This document shows, piece by piece, positions 49,417-59,183 of a stretch of 64,000 nt of DNA. Location of the stretch: IMG/VR virus record IMGVR_UViG_3300023180_000037. One strand, written 5' to 3'. The notes beneath the pieces were generated by a model, which did no database searches, was not told the DNA's origin, and saw only the letters and a list, made by a program, of their open reading frames with translations. The translations under genes and the position numbers were made by a program. The stretch is from an uncultured virus (IMG/VR IMGVR_UViG_3300023180_000037). Lineage: Duplodnaviria; Heunggongvirae; Uroviricota; Caudoviricetes. Each line of letters opens with the position of its first letter. Position 1 is the first letter of the stretch.

Positions 49417-49965
49417 ATGGCCGATCTCACTCTACGTTTAACAAAAGGTTCTGCTCTAACTCTACAAGAGTTGGACTCAAACTTTCAGGCATTAGATTCT
49501 GATGTTGCCAACCTTTCATCTTCTTTATCAAGTTCTTATGTAACTCTAGCGACCACTCAATCTATTAGTGGTGCTAAGACGTTCTCGAATACTTTAACTG
49601 CATCAAATGGTGCAGTATTTAATGGATTGACATATCCTACTACTGATGGTAATGTCAATCAGTTTATGACCACAAATGGTTCCGGCGTCCTTTCTTTTGC
49701 TACTGTAGAATCATACGATTCGGTAAAAGTCCAACAGCAGATTGATAGTGATTTTACTAATACTAAAACTACAGCGAATCTGTCTGAACTCACGAACTTA
49801 TACTTCACTAATGCACGTGCAGATGCTAGAATCGCCGCTGCTTCTATTTTCGATCTCAGTAATGTTACTTCAGGCACTGTGGTAACTAATTTAAATGCTG
49901 ACAAAGTTGATGGATTCAACGGAATCGGAATTTACGACTCTGCTGGTACACTACTAAACGGATAA
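49417..49965 (+). CDS. Short fibre / collar-type structural protein
   Basis: LRLTKGSALTLQELDSNF N-terminus; LSELTNLYFTNARAD and NLNADKVDG fibre motifs. Confidence 0.7.
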   Translation: MADLTLRLTKGSALTLQELDSNFQALDSDVANLSSSLSSSYVTLATTQSISGAKTFSNTLTASNGAVFNGLTYPTTDGNVNQFMTTNGSGVLSFATVESYDSVKVQQQIDSDFTNTKTTANLSELTNLYFTNARADARIAAASIFDLSNVTSGTVVTNLNADKVDGFNGIGIYDSAGTLLNG

Positions 49966-49969
49966 CAAC

Positions 49970-50728
49970 ATGGCAGTAGTTTCATCTCGCGCTGACCTGA
50001 TCGACTTTTGCCTTCGCCGACTGGGTGAACCAGTTATTGAAGTCAATGTCGACGAAGATCAAATCGAAGATAAGATCGATGATGCCATTCAGTTGTATCA
50101 GGAGTTTCATCACGACGCAACTATGCGCGTGTATTACGAACATCAGTTAACTGCTGATGACATTACAAACAAATATATTACTCTACCTACCAATATATTG
50201 TATGTAACTAAAATGTTTCCTGTTAGTTCTTCGGTCATTAACAGTTCTAATTTCTTTTCATTCAACTACCAATTTGCCATGAGCGACTTTCATCAACTTT
50301 CTGATGTTGGTTATGGTGGTCTGGCATACTATGATCAAGTTCGCCAGTATATGGAGTTGATTGATATGAAAGTCAATGGTCTCCCGTTAATTACTTTTGC
50401 ACGTCGGCAAAATCGTTTATATATGCACAGCGATATAGAGGATGGCACATTGAGTGCTGGAAAATATATTGCACTTGAGGTTTATCAAACCGTTGATCCA
50501 ACAGCGCATACCAGTGTTTTCAATGATATGTTTATTAAGGACTACACCACTGCCCTAATTAAAGAGCAGTGGGGGCAAAATATGTCAAAGTTTGAAGGTA
50601 TGCAACTTCCTGGCGGCGTCACTATTAGTGGCGCACGCTATATCGAAGAGGGCAGAGAAGAACAAGAAAAGATTCGAGAAAGAATGCGTCTCGAACAGGA
50701 AGTGCCACCCGACTTCTTTGTGGGGTGA
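49970..50728 (+). CDS. gp13: Neck protein gp13
   Basis: LIDFCLRRLGEPVIEVNVDEDQIEDKIDDA, QWGQNMSKFEGMQLPGGVT. Confidence 0.95.
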   Translation: MAVVSSRADLIDFCLRRLGEPVIEVNVDEDQIEDKIDDAIQLYQEFHHDATMRVYYEHQLTADDITNKYITLPTNILYVTKMFPVSSSVINSSNFFSFNYQFAMSDFHQLSDVGYGGLAYYDQVRQYMELIDMKVNGLPLITFARRQNRLYMHSDIEDGTLSAGKYIALEVYQTVDPTAHTSVFNDMFIKDYTTALIKEQWGQNMSKFEGMQLPGGVTISGARYIEEGREEQEKIRERMRLEQEVPPDFFVG

Positions 50729-50731
50729 CGC

Positions 50732-51676
50732 ATGGCACTCTCTCAACATTTTCGACACAACGTAAGATCTGAACAAAGTCTCTACGAAAATTTAATCGTT
50801 GAATCTCTTAAGTTCTATGGGCAGAATGTTTATTACCTGCCACGAGAAGTTGTGTCTAGAGATATGGTTTTCAACGATGAGACTTTATCGGAGTTTAAGT
50901 ATGCATACCAAGTAGAAGTCTATGTTGAAAACGTAGAGGGGTATGATGGTGACGGAGATCTCTTCCAGAAGTTTGGTGTAGAGATTCGAGATGCCGCCAC
51001 TATTGTCATGGCACGTCGTAGATTCAATCAAGAGATTCGACAATACCAAGAAAGACCAGGAGAAAAATATTATCGTCCAAGGGAAGGTGATTTAATTCAC
51101 ATCCCTTTGTCTAATTCTACTTTCGAGATCATGAAGGTAGAGGACGAGAATCCTTTCTATCAGTTAGGGCAACTTCCTGTATTCAGAATGCGACTCGAAT
51201 TGTTCGAGTACAGCACAGAAAGATTCAGTACTGGTACCAATGTTGGTGTTACCCAGATTGAAGAGTTTGCTGCATATCAGTGGCAACTTACTATGGATTC
51301 TGCTTCTAACGGATTCACTAGAGGCGAAAGAGTTACTCAGGCATTTGACGATTACGATGTTACTGGTGAAGTGGTTGGATGGAGTGCAGACGATAAGACG
51401 CTCTACCTTGGTAATGTAGGCAATACTTCAGGCGAATATAAAACTTTTACAACTACTCGCCAACTCTTCCATGGAGATAGTGTTAACGTAGCATCTTCTA
51501 TAGCAACTCCAACAGTAATAAGAGAACTTCAACAGATTCAATCTAATGCTGCTGGTGGAGATATAAATCCAACTGGGCAAACTGATGGATGGACTTCAAA
51601 TGTTACGGACTTTGATGTATCTGTACTTGAGTTTGTAGACTTCAGTGAAGACAATCCATTTGGAGATTTTAGTTAA
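50732..51676 (+). CDS. gp14: Neck protein gp14
   Basis: EQSLYENLIVESLKFYG..VYYLPR, KFGVEIRD, RPREGDLI, PFYQLG, DFSEDNPFG. Confidence 0.95.
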   Translation: MALSQHFRHNVRSEQSLYENLIVESLKFYGQNVYYLPREVVSRDMVFNDETLSEFKYAYQVEVYVENVEGYDGDGDLFQKFGVEIRDAATIVMARRRFNQEIRQYQERPGEKYYRPREGDLIHIPLSNSTFEIMKVEDENPFYQLGQLPVFRMRLELFEYSTERFSTGTNVGVTQIEEFAAYQWQLTMDSASNGFTRGERVTQAFDDYDVTGEVVGWSADDKTLYLGNVGNTSGEYKTFTTTRQLFHGDSVNVASSIATPTVIRELQQIQSNAAGGDINPTGQTDGWTSNVTDFDVSVLEFVDFSEDNPFGDFS

Positions 51677-52485
51677 TGTTCGGCACTCATTTTTATCACG
51701 AACGGGTTAGGAAGTGCGTTGCAGTATTTGGTGCAATGTTTAACAACCTATACATTATTCGCCGTGATGGTAACAATGTTTATGCCCAGCAAAAAGTTCC
51801 TCTGGCATATGCTCCTGCTCGCAAGTTCTTAGAAAGAATAAACGAGATGAATAACGGTGAGGATAACGAAAGACAGTTAGCAATCAAACTGCCTCGTATG
51901 TCTTTTGAAGTATTGTCGATAGCATACGACCCTCAACGTCAACTACCAAAAACAAATTACTTTACTAAACAGCATATTGATGACAATACTTCTGGCGCAA
52001 AATTCTACACTGGTACGCCATACATCATTACGTTTGAGTTGAATGTTTATGCTAAACAACACAATGATGCACTACAAGTTGTAGAACAAATTCTTCCTTA
52101 CTTTGCTCCGCAGTATACAGTAAACTTTAAACCGATAGAAGATTATCCAGATATTAAAGAAGATGTTCCTGTAATTTTACAGTCGGTCGCCTTTACTGAT
52201 AACTTTGAAGGTGCGATGGAAGATCGTAGAACTATTATCTACACTCTCACCTTTGACATGAAAATTAATTTCTATGGTCCAAAACCATCGACTGGTCCTC
52301 TCATCACTCGCGTCGATGCAGACCTGTTCAATATGGACGTCAACTCACTGGATTCGGATAGATATCTTGAGACCGTTAGAACTGAAACATCAGCAAGACC
52401 TGTTTCGCCTGACTCTGATTATACTATACAAAAAGATGTACTAGATAGTGATAGTCCAGTAAGTTTGCCGCATGAATATGAGTGA
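51676..52485 (+). CDS. gp15: Tail sheath stabiliser / terminator gp15
   Basis: MFGTHFYHE, KVPLAYAP..KFL, LPRMSFE, QVVEQILPYF.P. Confidence 0.95.
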   Translation: MFGTHFYHERVRKCVAVFGAMFNNLYIIRRDGNNVYAQQKVPLAYAPARKFLERINEMNNGEDNERQLAIKLPRMSFEVLSIAYDPQRQLPKTNYFTKQHIDDNTSGAKFYTGTPYIITFELNVYAKQHNDALQVVEQILPYFAPQYTVNFKPIEDYPDIKEDVPVILQSVAFTDNFEGAMEDRRTIIYTLTFDMKINFYGPKPSTGPLITRVDADLFNMDVNSLDSDRYLETVRTETSARPVSPDSDYTIQKDVLDSDSPVSLPHEYE

Positions 52486-52840
52486 TAAAGATAATGATTA
52501 TGAATACGCCAGAGAGACTTTATACGATCTGATCGGTAAAGGTCGCGACGGTGTAGAAGAGATGATCGAGGTCGCAAAGCAAAGCGAACACCCAAGAGCA
52601 TACGAAGTTCTTGCCAAACTTATAAAAGATACCTCTGACGTTTCTCATCAACTTATGAATCTCCATAAACAAAAGAAGGAGATAGAAAAAGAAGATGTCA
52701 AGGCACTACCTAAACAAGAAACGACGAATGTTTTTATCGGTTCGACTACCGATCTTCAGCGTGCGCTCAAACAAGTGAACGAAAAGGATATAACTCCTCA
52801 ACATGATGCCCTCCCAGATTCAGGACACGACCAAGTTTAA
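52478..52840 (+). CDS. gp16: Terminase small subunit gp16
   Basis: DYEYARETLY, SEHPRAYEVLA, NVFIGSTTDLQ. Confidence 0.93.
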   Translation: MSDKDNDYEYARETLYDLIGKGRDGVEEMIEVAKQSEHPRAYEVLAKLIKDTSDVSHQLMNLHKQKKEIEKEDVKALPKQETTNVFIGSTTDLQRALKQVNEKDITPQHDALPDSGHDQV

Positions 52841-54428
52841 ACACGATACTCACTATCTTGGTAATCCTCACGTCAAGAAAGATGGCGTACAGGAGGATTG
52901 GACTCAAGAGAAAGTCGCTGAGTATGCTAAATGCATGGCAGACCCCACGCACTTTGCTAAAACTCACCTAAAAATTATCAACCTAAACGATGGTCTCGTG
53001 CCGTTTGAGTTGTATCCTTACCAAGAGGAAATGTTTACTCACTTCAACAGCAACCGTTTTACGGTTGTGCTCGCTTGCCGTCAGTCAGGCAAGTCTATAT
53101 CTTCTGTGGCATACCTGCTTTGGTATGCTATATTTCATCCAGAGAAAACTGTAGCAGTGCTCGCTAACAAGGGTGCGACTGCTCGAGAGATGTTATCGCG
53201 TGTAACTCTTATGCTTGAGAATCTACCATTCTACTTGCAACCAGGATGCAAGGTACTGAACAAAGGTAGCATAGAGTTTAGTAACAACTCAAAGATATTC
53301 GCCGCTGCTACTTCAGGATCATCCATTCGTGGTCAATCTGTAAACTTGCTGTTCCTTGACGAGTTTGCGTTTGTTGAAAGGGCAGCAGAATTTTATACCT
53401 CAACCTATCCCGTAGTTTCGTCAGGTAAAGATACAAAGGTGATCATAACTTCTACCGCTAACGGTATCGGCAATCCTTTTCATAAGATATGGGAAGGTGC
53501 TGTACAGGGTGTGAATGAATACAAACCGTTCCGTGTAGACTGGTGGGACGTTCCTGGTCGTGATGAAGCATGGAAAGAAGAAACGATCAGCAACACTTCA
53601 AAGATACAGTTTGATCAGGAGTTTGGTAATACCTTCTTCGGCACGGGTGATACATTGATCAATGCTGAAACTTTGTTAAACCTGAAGGCAAGTAGACCCA
53701 AGAGGATTCTTGAGGGTGGCGATCTACTTGTTTACGATGAACCTCGCAAGGGGTCACAATACGTCATGTGTGTTGACGTAAGTAAAGGGAGAGGACAGGA
53801 TTATAGTACGTTTAACGTCATCGACATTAGCAGTAGACCTTTCAAACAGGTAGCAGTGTATCGCAACAATCTTATTTCTCCACTACTCTTCCCAGATATT
53901 ATTTATAAATGGGCGACTTCTTACAATCAAGCATATGTCGTTATCGAATCTAATGACGCAGGTCAACTGGTTTGTTCGGGGTTATACCACGAACGAGAAT
54001 ATGAAAACGTGCACATGTCCTCTACAGTAAAATCTAGTGGTATCGGCGTAGAGATGACTCGCCGAACTAAACGTCTTGGTTGTTCGGGGTTTAAAGATTT
54101 GCTAGAAGAACGTAAACTAGAAGTCGTTGATGAAAATACGATATTAGAAATTAGTACGTTTGAAGCAAAAGGTAATTCTTATGAAGCGAAAGATGGTAAC
54201 CACGATGACTTGGTAATGAACTTGGTGATGCTTGGTTTCTTGGTACAAACCACTTTCTTTGCTGAAATGACAGACATTAATATCAAGAAGATGATGTTTG
54301 AACAACGTATGCAAGAGATTGAAGAGGATGTGCCTCCGTTTGGATTTAAACAAGAAGCGGAACCTGTTATAACATACGAACAAAAATTAGACCCTTGGTC
54401 TACAATAGAACTAGAGGATTATACCTAA
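52803..54428 (+). CDS. gp17: Terminase large subunit gp17
   Basis: YLGNP, RQSGKS Walker A, LLFLDEFAF Walker B, VDVSKG..DYS, HDDLVM. Exact start uncertain. Confidence 0.97.
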   Translation: MMPSQIQDTTKFKHDTHYLGNPHVKKDGVQEDWTQEKVAEYAKCMADPTHFAKTHLKIINLNDGLVPFELYPYQEEMFTHFNSNRFTVVLACRQSGKSISSVAYLLWYAIFHPEKTVAVLANKGATAREMLSRVTLMLENLPFYLQPGCKVLNKGSIEFSNNSKIFAAATSGSSIRGQSVNLLFLDEFAFVERAAEFYTSTYPVVSSGKDTKVIITSTANGIGNPFHKIWEGAVQGVNEYKPFRVDWWDVPGRDEAWKEETISNTSKIQFDQEFGNTFFGTGDTLINAETLLNLKASRPKRILEGGDLLVYDEPRKGSQYVMCVDVSKGRGQDYSTFNVIDISSRPFKQVAVYRNNLISPLLFPDIIYKWATSYNQAYVVIESNDAGQLVCSGLYHEREYENVHMSSTVKSSGIGVEMTRRTKRLGCSGFKDLLEERKLEVVDENTILEISTFEAKGNSYEAKDGNHDDLVMNLVMLGFLVQTTFFAEMTDINIKKMMFEQRMQEIEEDVPPFGFKQEAEPVITYEQKLDPWSTIELEDYT

Positions 54429-54447
54429 ATATCCCTTCTTATAAATA
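54425..54447 (+). promoter_or_regulatory. Tandem late promoters for gp18
   Basis: CTAAATA at 54425 and TATAAATA at 54440. Confidence 0.75.
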
Positions 54448-54522
54448 AATGCATTGAGCACTTATGTGCCGACCTTATAATGCATAACACTTATAATTTC
54501 TTTTTGCAAAGAGGAAACTAAA

Positions 54523-56310
54523 ATGGCACTAACAGCTCCAAGTTTGTCTCCTGCTATTGTAGTTCGCGAATTCGACTTGACCCCTGTGGTCCCAAATGTC
54601 GATACTTCGCTTGCTGGATATGTAGGAGGATTCCGTTGGGGTCCTGTAGAAGTACCAACTATTATCTCCAACGAGAATGAACTCGCTGAAGAATTTGGTA
54701 CGCCAGATGCACAGCACTCAGTAGATTACTTCTCCTGTGCTCAGTATCTGCGCTACTCAGGCAACCTCCAAGTATGTCGCTCTATCCCATCACCAGGAAA
54801 TGGTGTCGATAGTGCGCTTAATGCATCTATGTCAGGCGCAAAAACCCTGATTAAAAACGAAGATCACTGGGAACGGCAAACTCTTTCTCAGACATTCTAC
54901 GCCAAATATCCTGGCGAACTCGGCAACTCATTGGCAGTATCTGTATTTGGTGTTCTGTCTGGTGATTCAGACAACAGCAACTCTGCTACTACTACTCTAT
55001 TCAACAACTGGACATACGAAGGTAAGTTTGACGATGTCCCAGGAACATCTGAGTGGGCGCAAGAGTATCCAGGAACTGTTAAGAACGATGAGATCCATGT
55101 CGCGGTAATCGACCAAGACGGTTTCATCACTGGTACTGCTGGTGAAGTCCTTGAGACTTTCCCGTATGTATCTGTAGCAGAAGGTGCTAAGACTGTTGAC
55201 GGTGGCGACAACTATGTCAAGACTGTAATCAACCAAGGTTCTAAGTACGTCTGGTTTGGCGAGTGGGATTCTGCGACAAGTATTGCTGGTCCTAACTGGG
55301 GATCCGCTCCAACTTCTGGCGGTTCCATCAACTATGCTGACCAAGTATTATCATTCTCTAATGACTCTGCAACTAAGAGTTTGAGTGGTGGTGCTGATGG
55401 TCAAACGCTCGATGAGGGCGATATTGCTACTGGTTTTGATGAGTTTGAAGACGTTGAGCAAATCGACGTGTCCATCCTTATCGCACCAGGAATGGCAACC
55501 AAAACGAAACAAGTAACTGTAGTAAACGATCTCGCTGGCATCGCTGGCGTAACTCGTAAAGACTGCGTTGTTGTAACTTCACCAGACCGAGCAGCGGTTG
55601 TTAACAACATCGATCCAGTAAATGATACCTTGGAGACTACTAATGACTTCACGGCATCTTCTTACCTGATCGTAGATAACAACTACTTGCGTGTCTATGA
55701 CAAGTACAACGACAACTACATCTACATCCCTGCTGCTTCCACCACTGCTGGTTTGCTTGCTGCCACGGACGCCAACTATGGTCCATGGTGGTCACCTGCT
55801 GGTGAGCGTCGCGGTGAATATGTTGGTGTAACCAACCTTGCTTACTCCCCTTCTAAAGCGGAGCGAGATGAACTGTACAAGAAGGGTGTAAACCCAATCG
55901 TTCAGTTCCCAGGACGAGGCATCTTGCTGTTTGGTGATAAGACCAAACTTGCTCGACCATCCGCATTTGATCGTATCAATGTTCGAAGGTTATTCCTTGC
56001 TCTTGAGAAAGCGGTCTCTGTCGCTTCACGAAACTTCCTGTTCGAATTCAACGACGAGTTTACTCGTGCTGAATTTGTTGCTATCGTCAACCCACTCTTA
56101 CGAGAGATCAAGGCGCGACGTGGTATTCAGGACTTCTTCGTACAGTGTGACGAGAGAAACAACACCCCTGAAGTTATCGACCGCAATGAATTCATTGCGA
56201 CTCTCTTCATCAAACCAGCACGTAGCATCAACTTCATTACGTTGAACTTTGTCGCTACTCGTACTGGTGCGAACTTTGAAGAGATCGTTAGCTCTGGCAT
56301 TCAATTCTAA
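54523..56310 (+). CDS. gp18: Tail sheath protein gp18
   Basis: SPAIVVREFDLT, FRWGP, WWSPAG..RG, FDRINVRRLF, FEFNDEFTR, KPARSINFITLNFVA. Confidence 0.97.
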   Translation: MALTAPSLSPAIVVREFDLTPVVPNVDTSLAGYVGGFRWGPVEVPTIISNENELAEEFGTPDAQHSVDYFSCAQYLRYSGNLQVCRSIPSPGNGVDSALNASMSGAKTLIKNEDHWERQTLSQTFYAKYPGELGNSLAVSVFGVLSGDSDNSNSATTTLFNNWTYEGKFDDVPGTSEWAQEYPGTVKNDEIHVAVIDQDGFITGTAGEVLETFPYVSVAEGAKTVDGGDNYVKTVINQGSKYVWFGEWDSATSIAGPNWGSAPTSGGSINYADQVLSFSNDSATKSLSGGADGQTLDEGDIATGFDEFEDVEQIDVSILIAPGMATKTKQVTVVNDLAGIAGVTRKDCVVVTSPDRAAVVNNIDPVNDTLETTNDFTASSYLIVDNNYLRVYDKYNDNYIYIPAASTTAGLLAATDANYGPWWSPAGERRGEYVGVTNLAYSPSKAERDELYKKGVNPIVQFPGRGILLFGDKTKLARPSAFDRINVRRLFLALEKAVSVASRNFLFEFNDEFTRAEFVAIVNPLLREIKARRGIQDFFVQCDERNNTPEVIDRNEFIATLFIKPARSINFITLNFVATRTGANFEEIVSSGIQF

Positions 56311-56338
56311 CCCGAAACTACAATAAGGAGATTCTAAA

Positions 56339-56881
56339 ATGGCAGTTCTTAATGTAGACGATTTTCGTGGTAAGTTCGCCAAAGGTGGTGCTCGTGCTAA
56401 TATGTTCGAGGTCAAGGTCAACTTCCCAGGATATGCTGGTGGAGACAATGAACTTGCTTCCTTTATGGTTCGTTCCGCACAGTTGCCAGCGAGCACTGTC
56501 GGTCTGGTAGAAGTACCATTCCGAGGACGTATCATCAAGTTAGCAGGTGACCGATCTTTCGAACCATGGACGATCACTGTTTATAACGACGTAGACCACG
56601 AACTCCGTGGTGCATTCGAGCGTTGGTCTAGTGGTATGAACACCCACGAAGGCAACGAAGGTCAACAAGCGAATGACACTTCATCTTATGTTGCAGAAAT
56701 GGAAGTAACCCAGTTGGATCAATTGGGCAACCCAAGTTCTCAAGGAAAGTACACTTTGGTGAATGCTTTCCCAACGAACGTTTCTGCTGTCGATCTTGAC
56801 TTTGCTCAGGTCGGTGAGATTGAAACATTCACTGTTACTCTCGAGTACGACTACTGGACTAATGCCGCGATCCTAGGATAA
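56339..56881 (+). CDS. gp19: Tail tube protein gp19
   Basis: GGARANMFEV, AQLPAS, FRGR.IKLAGDRSFEPWTITVYND, IETFTVTLEYDYW. Confidence 0.96.
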   Translation: MAVLNVDDFRGKFAKGGARANMFEVKVNFPGYAGGDNELASFMVRSAQLPASTVGLVEVPFRGRIIKLAGDRSFEPWTITVYNDVDHELRGAFERWSSGMNTHEGNEGQQANDTSSYVAEMEVTQLDQLGNPSSQGKYTLVNAFPTNVSAVDLDFAQVGEIETFTVTLEYDYWTNAAILG

Positions 56882-56907
56882 TTAATCGCGACTAAGTAAA
56901 GTAAAGC

Positions 56908-56930
56908 AGGGGGAGTTCGCTCCCCCTTTT
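56908..56930 (+). terminator. Intrinsic terminator after gp19
   Basis: AGGGGGAG-TTCG-CTCCCCCT followed by TTT. Confidence 0.8.
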
Positions 56931-56953
56931 ACCCCACAACTGAGATTTCAAAT

Positions 56954-58516
56954 ATGGCAGAAGGCGACGGAATTAAATTATTTGGTTTTGAGATCAAGCG
57001 AGCAAAGAAAGATCAGGACGCTGTAACACCAGCTCCTGCTGCTTCAGTTGTGCCGCCAACTGACGATGATGGTGCAGGTTATGTAACTGCTCCTTCATAT
57101 GCATACGGCACTCACATGAATATCTATGCCGATCTTCAAGTAAAAGATCAGGCAGACCTAATTCGGAAATATCGTCAAGCAGCAACTCACCCTGAAGTTG
57201 ATATGGCGGTAGAAGAAATCGTTAACGAAGCAATCGTAATACCTGATGATGAAAACGTAGTAGAAGTCAACCTTGATCGGGTTGAGGTTTCCGCAGGTAT
57301 TAAGAAAAAGATTTCAGAAGAATTTCAAAATGTCTTGAACATGCTCACGTTTAATGAGCGTGCTCATGATATTTTCCGTAGTTGGTACATTGACGGTAGA
57401 CTGTACCATCACTTGATTGTTGACAACGCAAACCTAAAGTTGGGCATCAAAGAGATTAGATACATCGACTCTATGAAGATGCGTAAGGTGCGTAACGTCA
57501 AGAAGAAAGAAGATAAATCAACAGGTGTAAAAGTTGTAAACAAGGTTGAAGAGTTTTATTTGTTTTCTGATAAAAACTTTGAGACTAAAAAAGGTGTTCC
57601 TGCTGGCGTAGACCCAACAGCGAACCAAGCAGTCAAACTCAGCGTTGACTCAGTAAGTTATGTAACATCAGGTGTACTGGACGACACGAAGGCGAAGGTA
57701 GTTTCTCATCTTCACAAAGCACTGAGACCTATCAATCAGTTGCGTATGATGGAAGACTCCTTGATAATCTATCGACTGGCGCGTGCACCTGAGAGAAGAA
57801 TCTTTTATGTTGACACAGGTAACTTGCCAAAAGGTAAAGCAGAAGAATATGTCAACTCATTGATGACTCGTTATAGAAATAAACTTGTATACGATCAGGC
57901 GACTGGAGAACTAAAAGATTCGAGAAAGCATATGTCTATGCTTGACGATTTCTGGTTGCCTCGCCGAGAAGGTGGTAGAGGAACGGAGGTGACTACACTT
58001 CCTGGTGGTTCAAACCTTGGCGAGATTGATGACATCAAATATTTCCAACGCAAGGTATACCAAGCACTGAACGTACCAGTATCGCGATTGGAGCAGGAGC
58101 AAGCATACTCCCTCGGTCGTGCTACTGAAATCAACCGTGAAGAAATTAAATTCCAGAAATTTGTAACTCGACTTCGCTCAAGGTTCAGTAAGTTGTTTAT
58201 TGGTATCCTCCGACAACAACTTGTGTTAAAAGGTATTATTACCGACAGCGATTGGATGGAGTTATTCCACAATCGTATTCGAGTAGATTTCTATAAAGAC
58301 AACCACTATACAGAACTCAAGGATGCTGAAGTATTCCGTGAGCGACTGGGTCTGATGGATCAAGCATCACAATATGTTGGTGAGTATCTATCTAAAGAGT
58401 GGGTAATGAAAAATGTTTTCCATTTTACCGATGAAGAAATGGAAGACATGGAAAAACAAATAGGTTCTGAACCAGTACCAACTAATATAGGAGATGATGA
58501 TGGAAACGAAACCTGA
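56954..58516 (+). CDS. gp20: Portal protein gp20
   Basis: LFGFEI, WYIDGR, NQLRMMEDSLIIYRLARAPERRIFYVD, DDFWLPRREGGRGTEVTTLPGG. Confidence 0.97.
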   Translation: MAEGDGIKLFGFEIKRAKKDQDAVTPAPAASVVPPTDDDGAGYVTAPSYAYGTHMNIYADLQVKDQADLIRKYRQAATHPEVDMAVEEIVNEAIVIPDDENVVEVNLDRVEVSAGIKKKISEEFQNVLNMLTFNERAHDIFRSWYIDGRLYHHLIVDNANLKLGIKEIRYIDSMKMRKVRNVKKKEDKSTGVKVVNKVEEFYLFSDKNFETKKGVPAGVDPTANQAVKLSVDSVSYVTSGVLDDTKAKVVSHLHKALRPINQLRMMEDSLIIYRLARAPERRIFYVDTGNLPKGKAEEYVNSLMTRYRNKLVYDQATGELKDSRKHMSMLDDFWLPRREGGRGTEVTTLPGGSNLGEIDDIKYFQRKVYQALNVPVSRLEQEQAYSLGRATEINREEIKFQKFVTRLRSRFSKLFIGILRQQLVLKGIITDSDWMELFHNRIRVDFYKDNHYTELKDAEVFRERLGLMDQASQYVGEYLSKEWVMKNVFHFTDEEMEDMEKQIGSEPVPTNIGDDDGNET

Positions 58517-58973
58517 AGTTGAAATGAGTGATGTTGCTAATGAGACTCAAGAACCAGTAACAGTATCCGTAGAAGATTTGGTAAACTCTATTGAGAAGGG
58601 CGATGCCTTTACCTCTAGTCAAATTTTTAAGGACATTGTACAATCTCGTATCGACGATGCTCTAGAGCAAGAACAGATTCGTATAGCGAATTCAGTTTAT
58701 AACGGAGCAGAGGAAGAAGAACCTTCAGAAGAAGAAACTGAAGCAGAACTAGAATCTGAAGTAGAAGCGGAAGATGAGGGCGAACCAGAGGTTGCTGAGG
58801 TTGAAGAACCTGAGTCAACGGAAGAACCTTCTCCGGAAGAACCAGTTGCTGAGATCCCTGCTGAGGAAGAGCATGAGGAACCAGAGGACCCACTTGGTAT
58901 CTATGCTGACGAGATTGAAGATATTTTATCTGATGAGGAGTCTGAGGACGAATCAGAGGAAGAAAAAGTATAA
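58494..58973 (+). CDS. Acidic prohead core protein (gp67-like)
   Basis: Extremely Glu-rich; directly after portal. Start may be 58497 or 58500. Confidence 0.65.
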   Translation: MMMETKPEVEMSDVANETQEPVTVSVEDLVNSIEKGDAFTSSQIFKDIVQSRIDDALEQEQIRIANSVYNGAEEEEPSEEETEAELESEVEAEDEGEPEVAEVEEPESTEEPSPEEPVAEIPAEEEHEEPEDPLGIYADEIEDILSDEESEDESEEEKV

Positions 58974-58976
58974 ATA
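58969..58976 (+). promoter_or_regulatory. Late promoter
   Basis: TATAAATA. Confidence 0.75.
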
Positions 58977-58982
58977 AATGTT

Positions 58983-59183
58983 ATGATTACGTTCTCCGAA
59001 CTAAGGCAACGCAAAGCGAAGGGCGAAGTAGTCTGGTCCAAGAAGTATCGCAGAATTAAAACTGAGATACAAAAGACCGCCAAAGGTTTCGTTGCCTACA
59101 TAGACGGAGATATGTTAGATACGTTCCGTAGTCAAAGGGACGCACAAAAATCAATAGAAACTGCGATCAAGGAACTAACATGA
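58983..59183 (+). CDS. Small protein in the gp68 slot (66 aa)
   Basis: MITFSELR N-terminus; overlaps the gp21 start (ATGA). Confidence 0.65.
   Translation: MITFSELRQRKAKGEVVWSKKYRRIKTEIQKTAKGFVAYIDGDMLDTFRSQRDAQKSIETAIKELT

Noticed and set aside
56954..58516. Five DS pairs in the portal as support for the DS sequon
   Set aside because: They lie mostly within conserved core motifs (for example MMEDSLIIYR), so they are treated as background and as a caveat to the enrichment claim.
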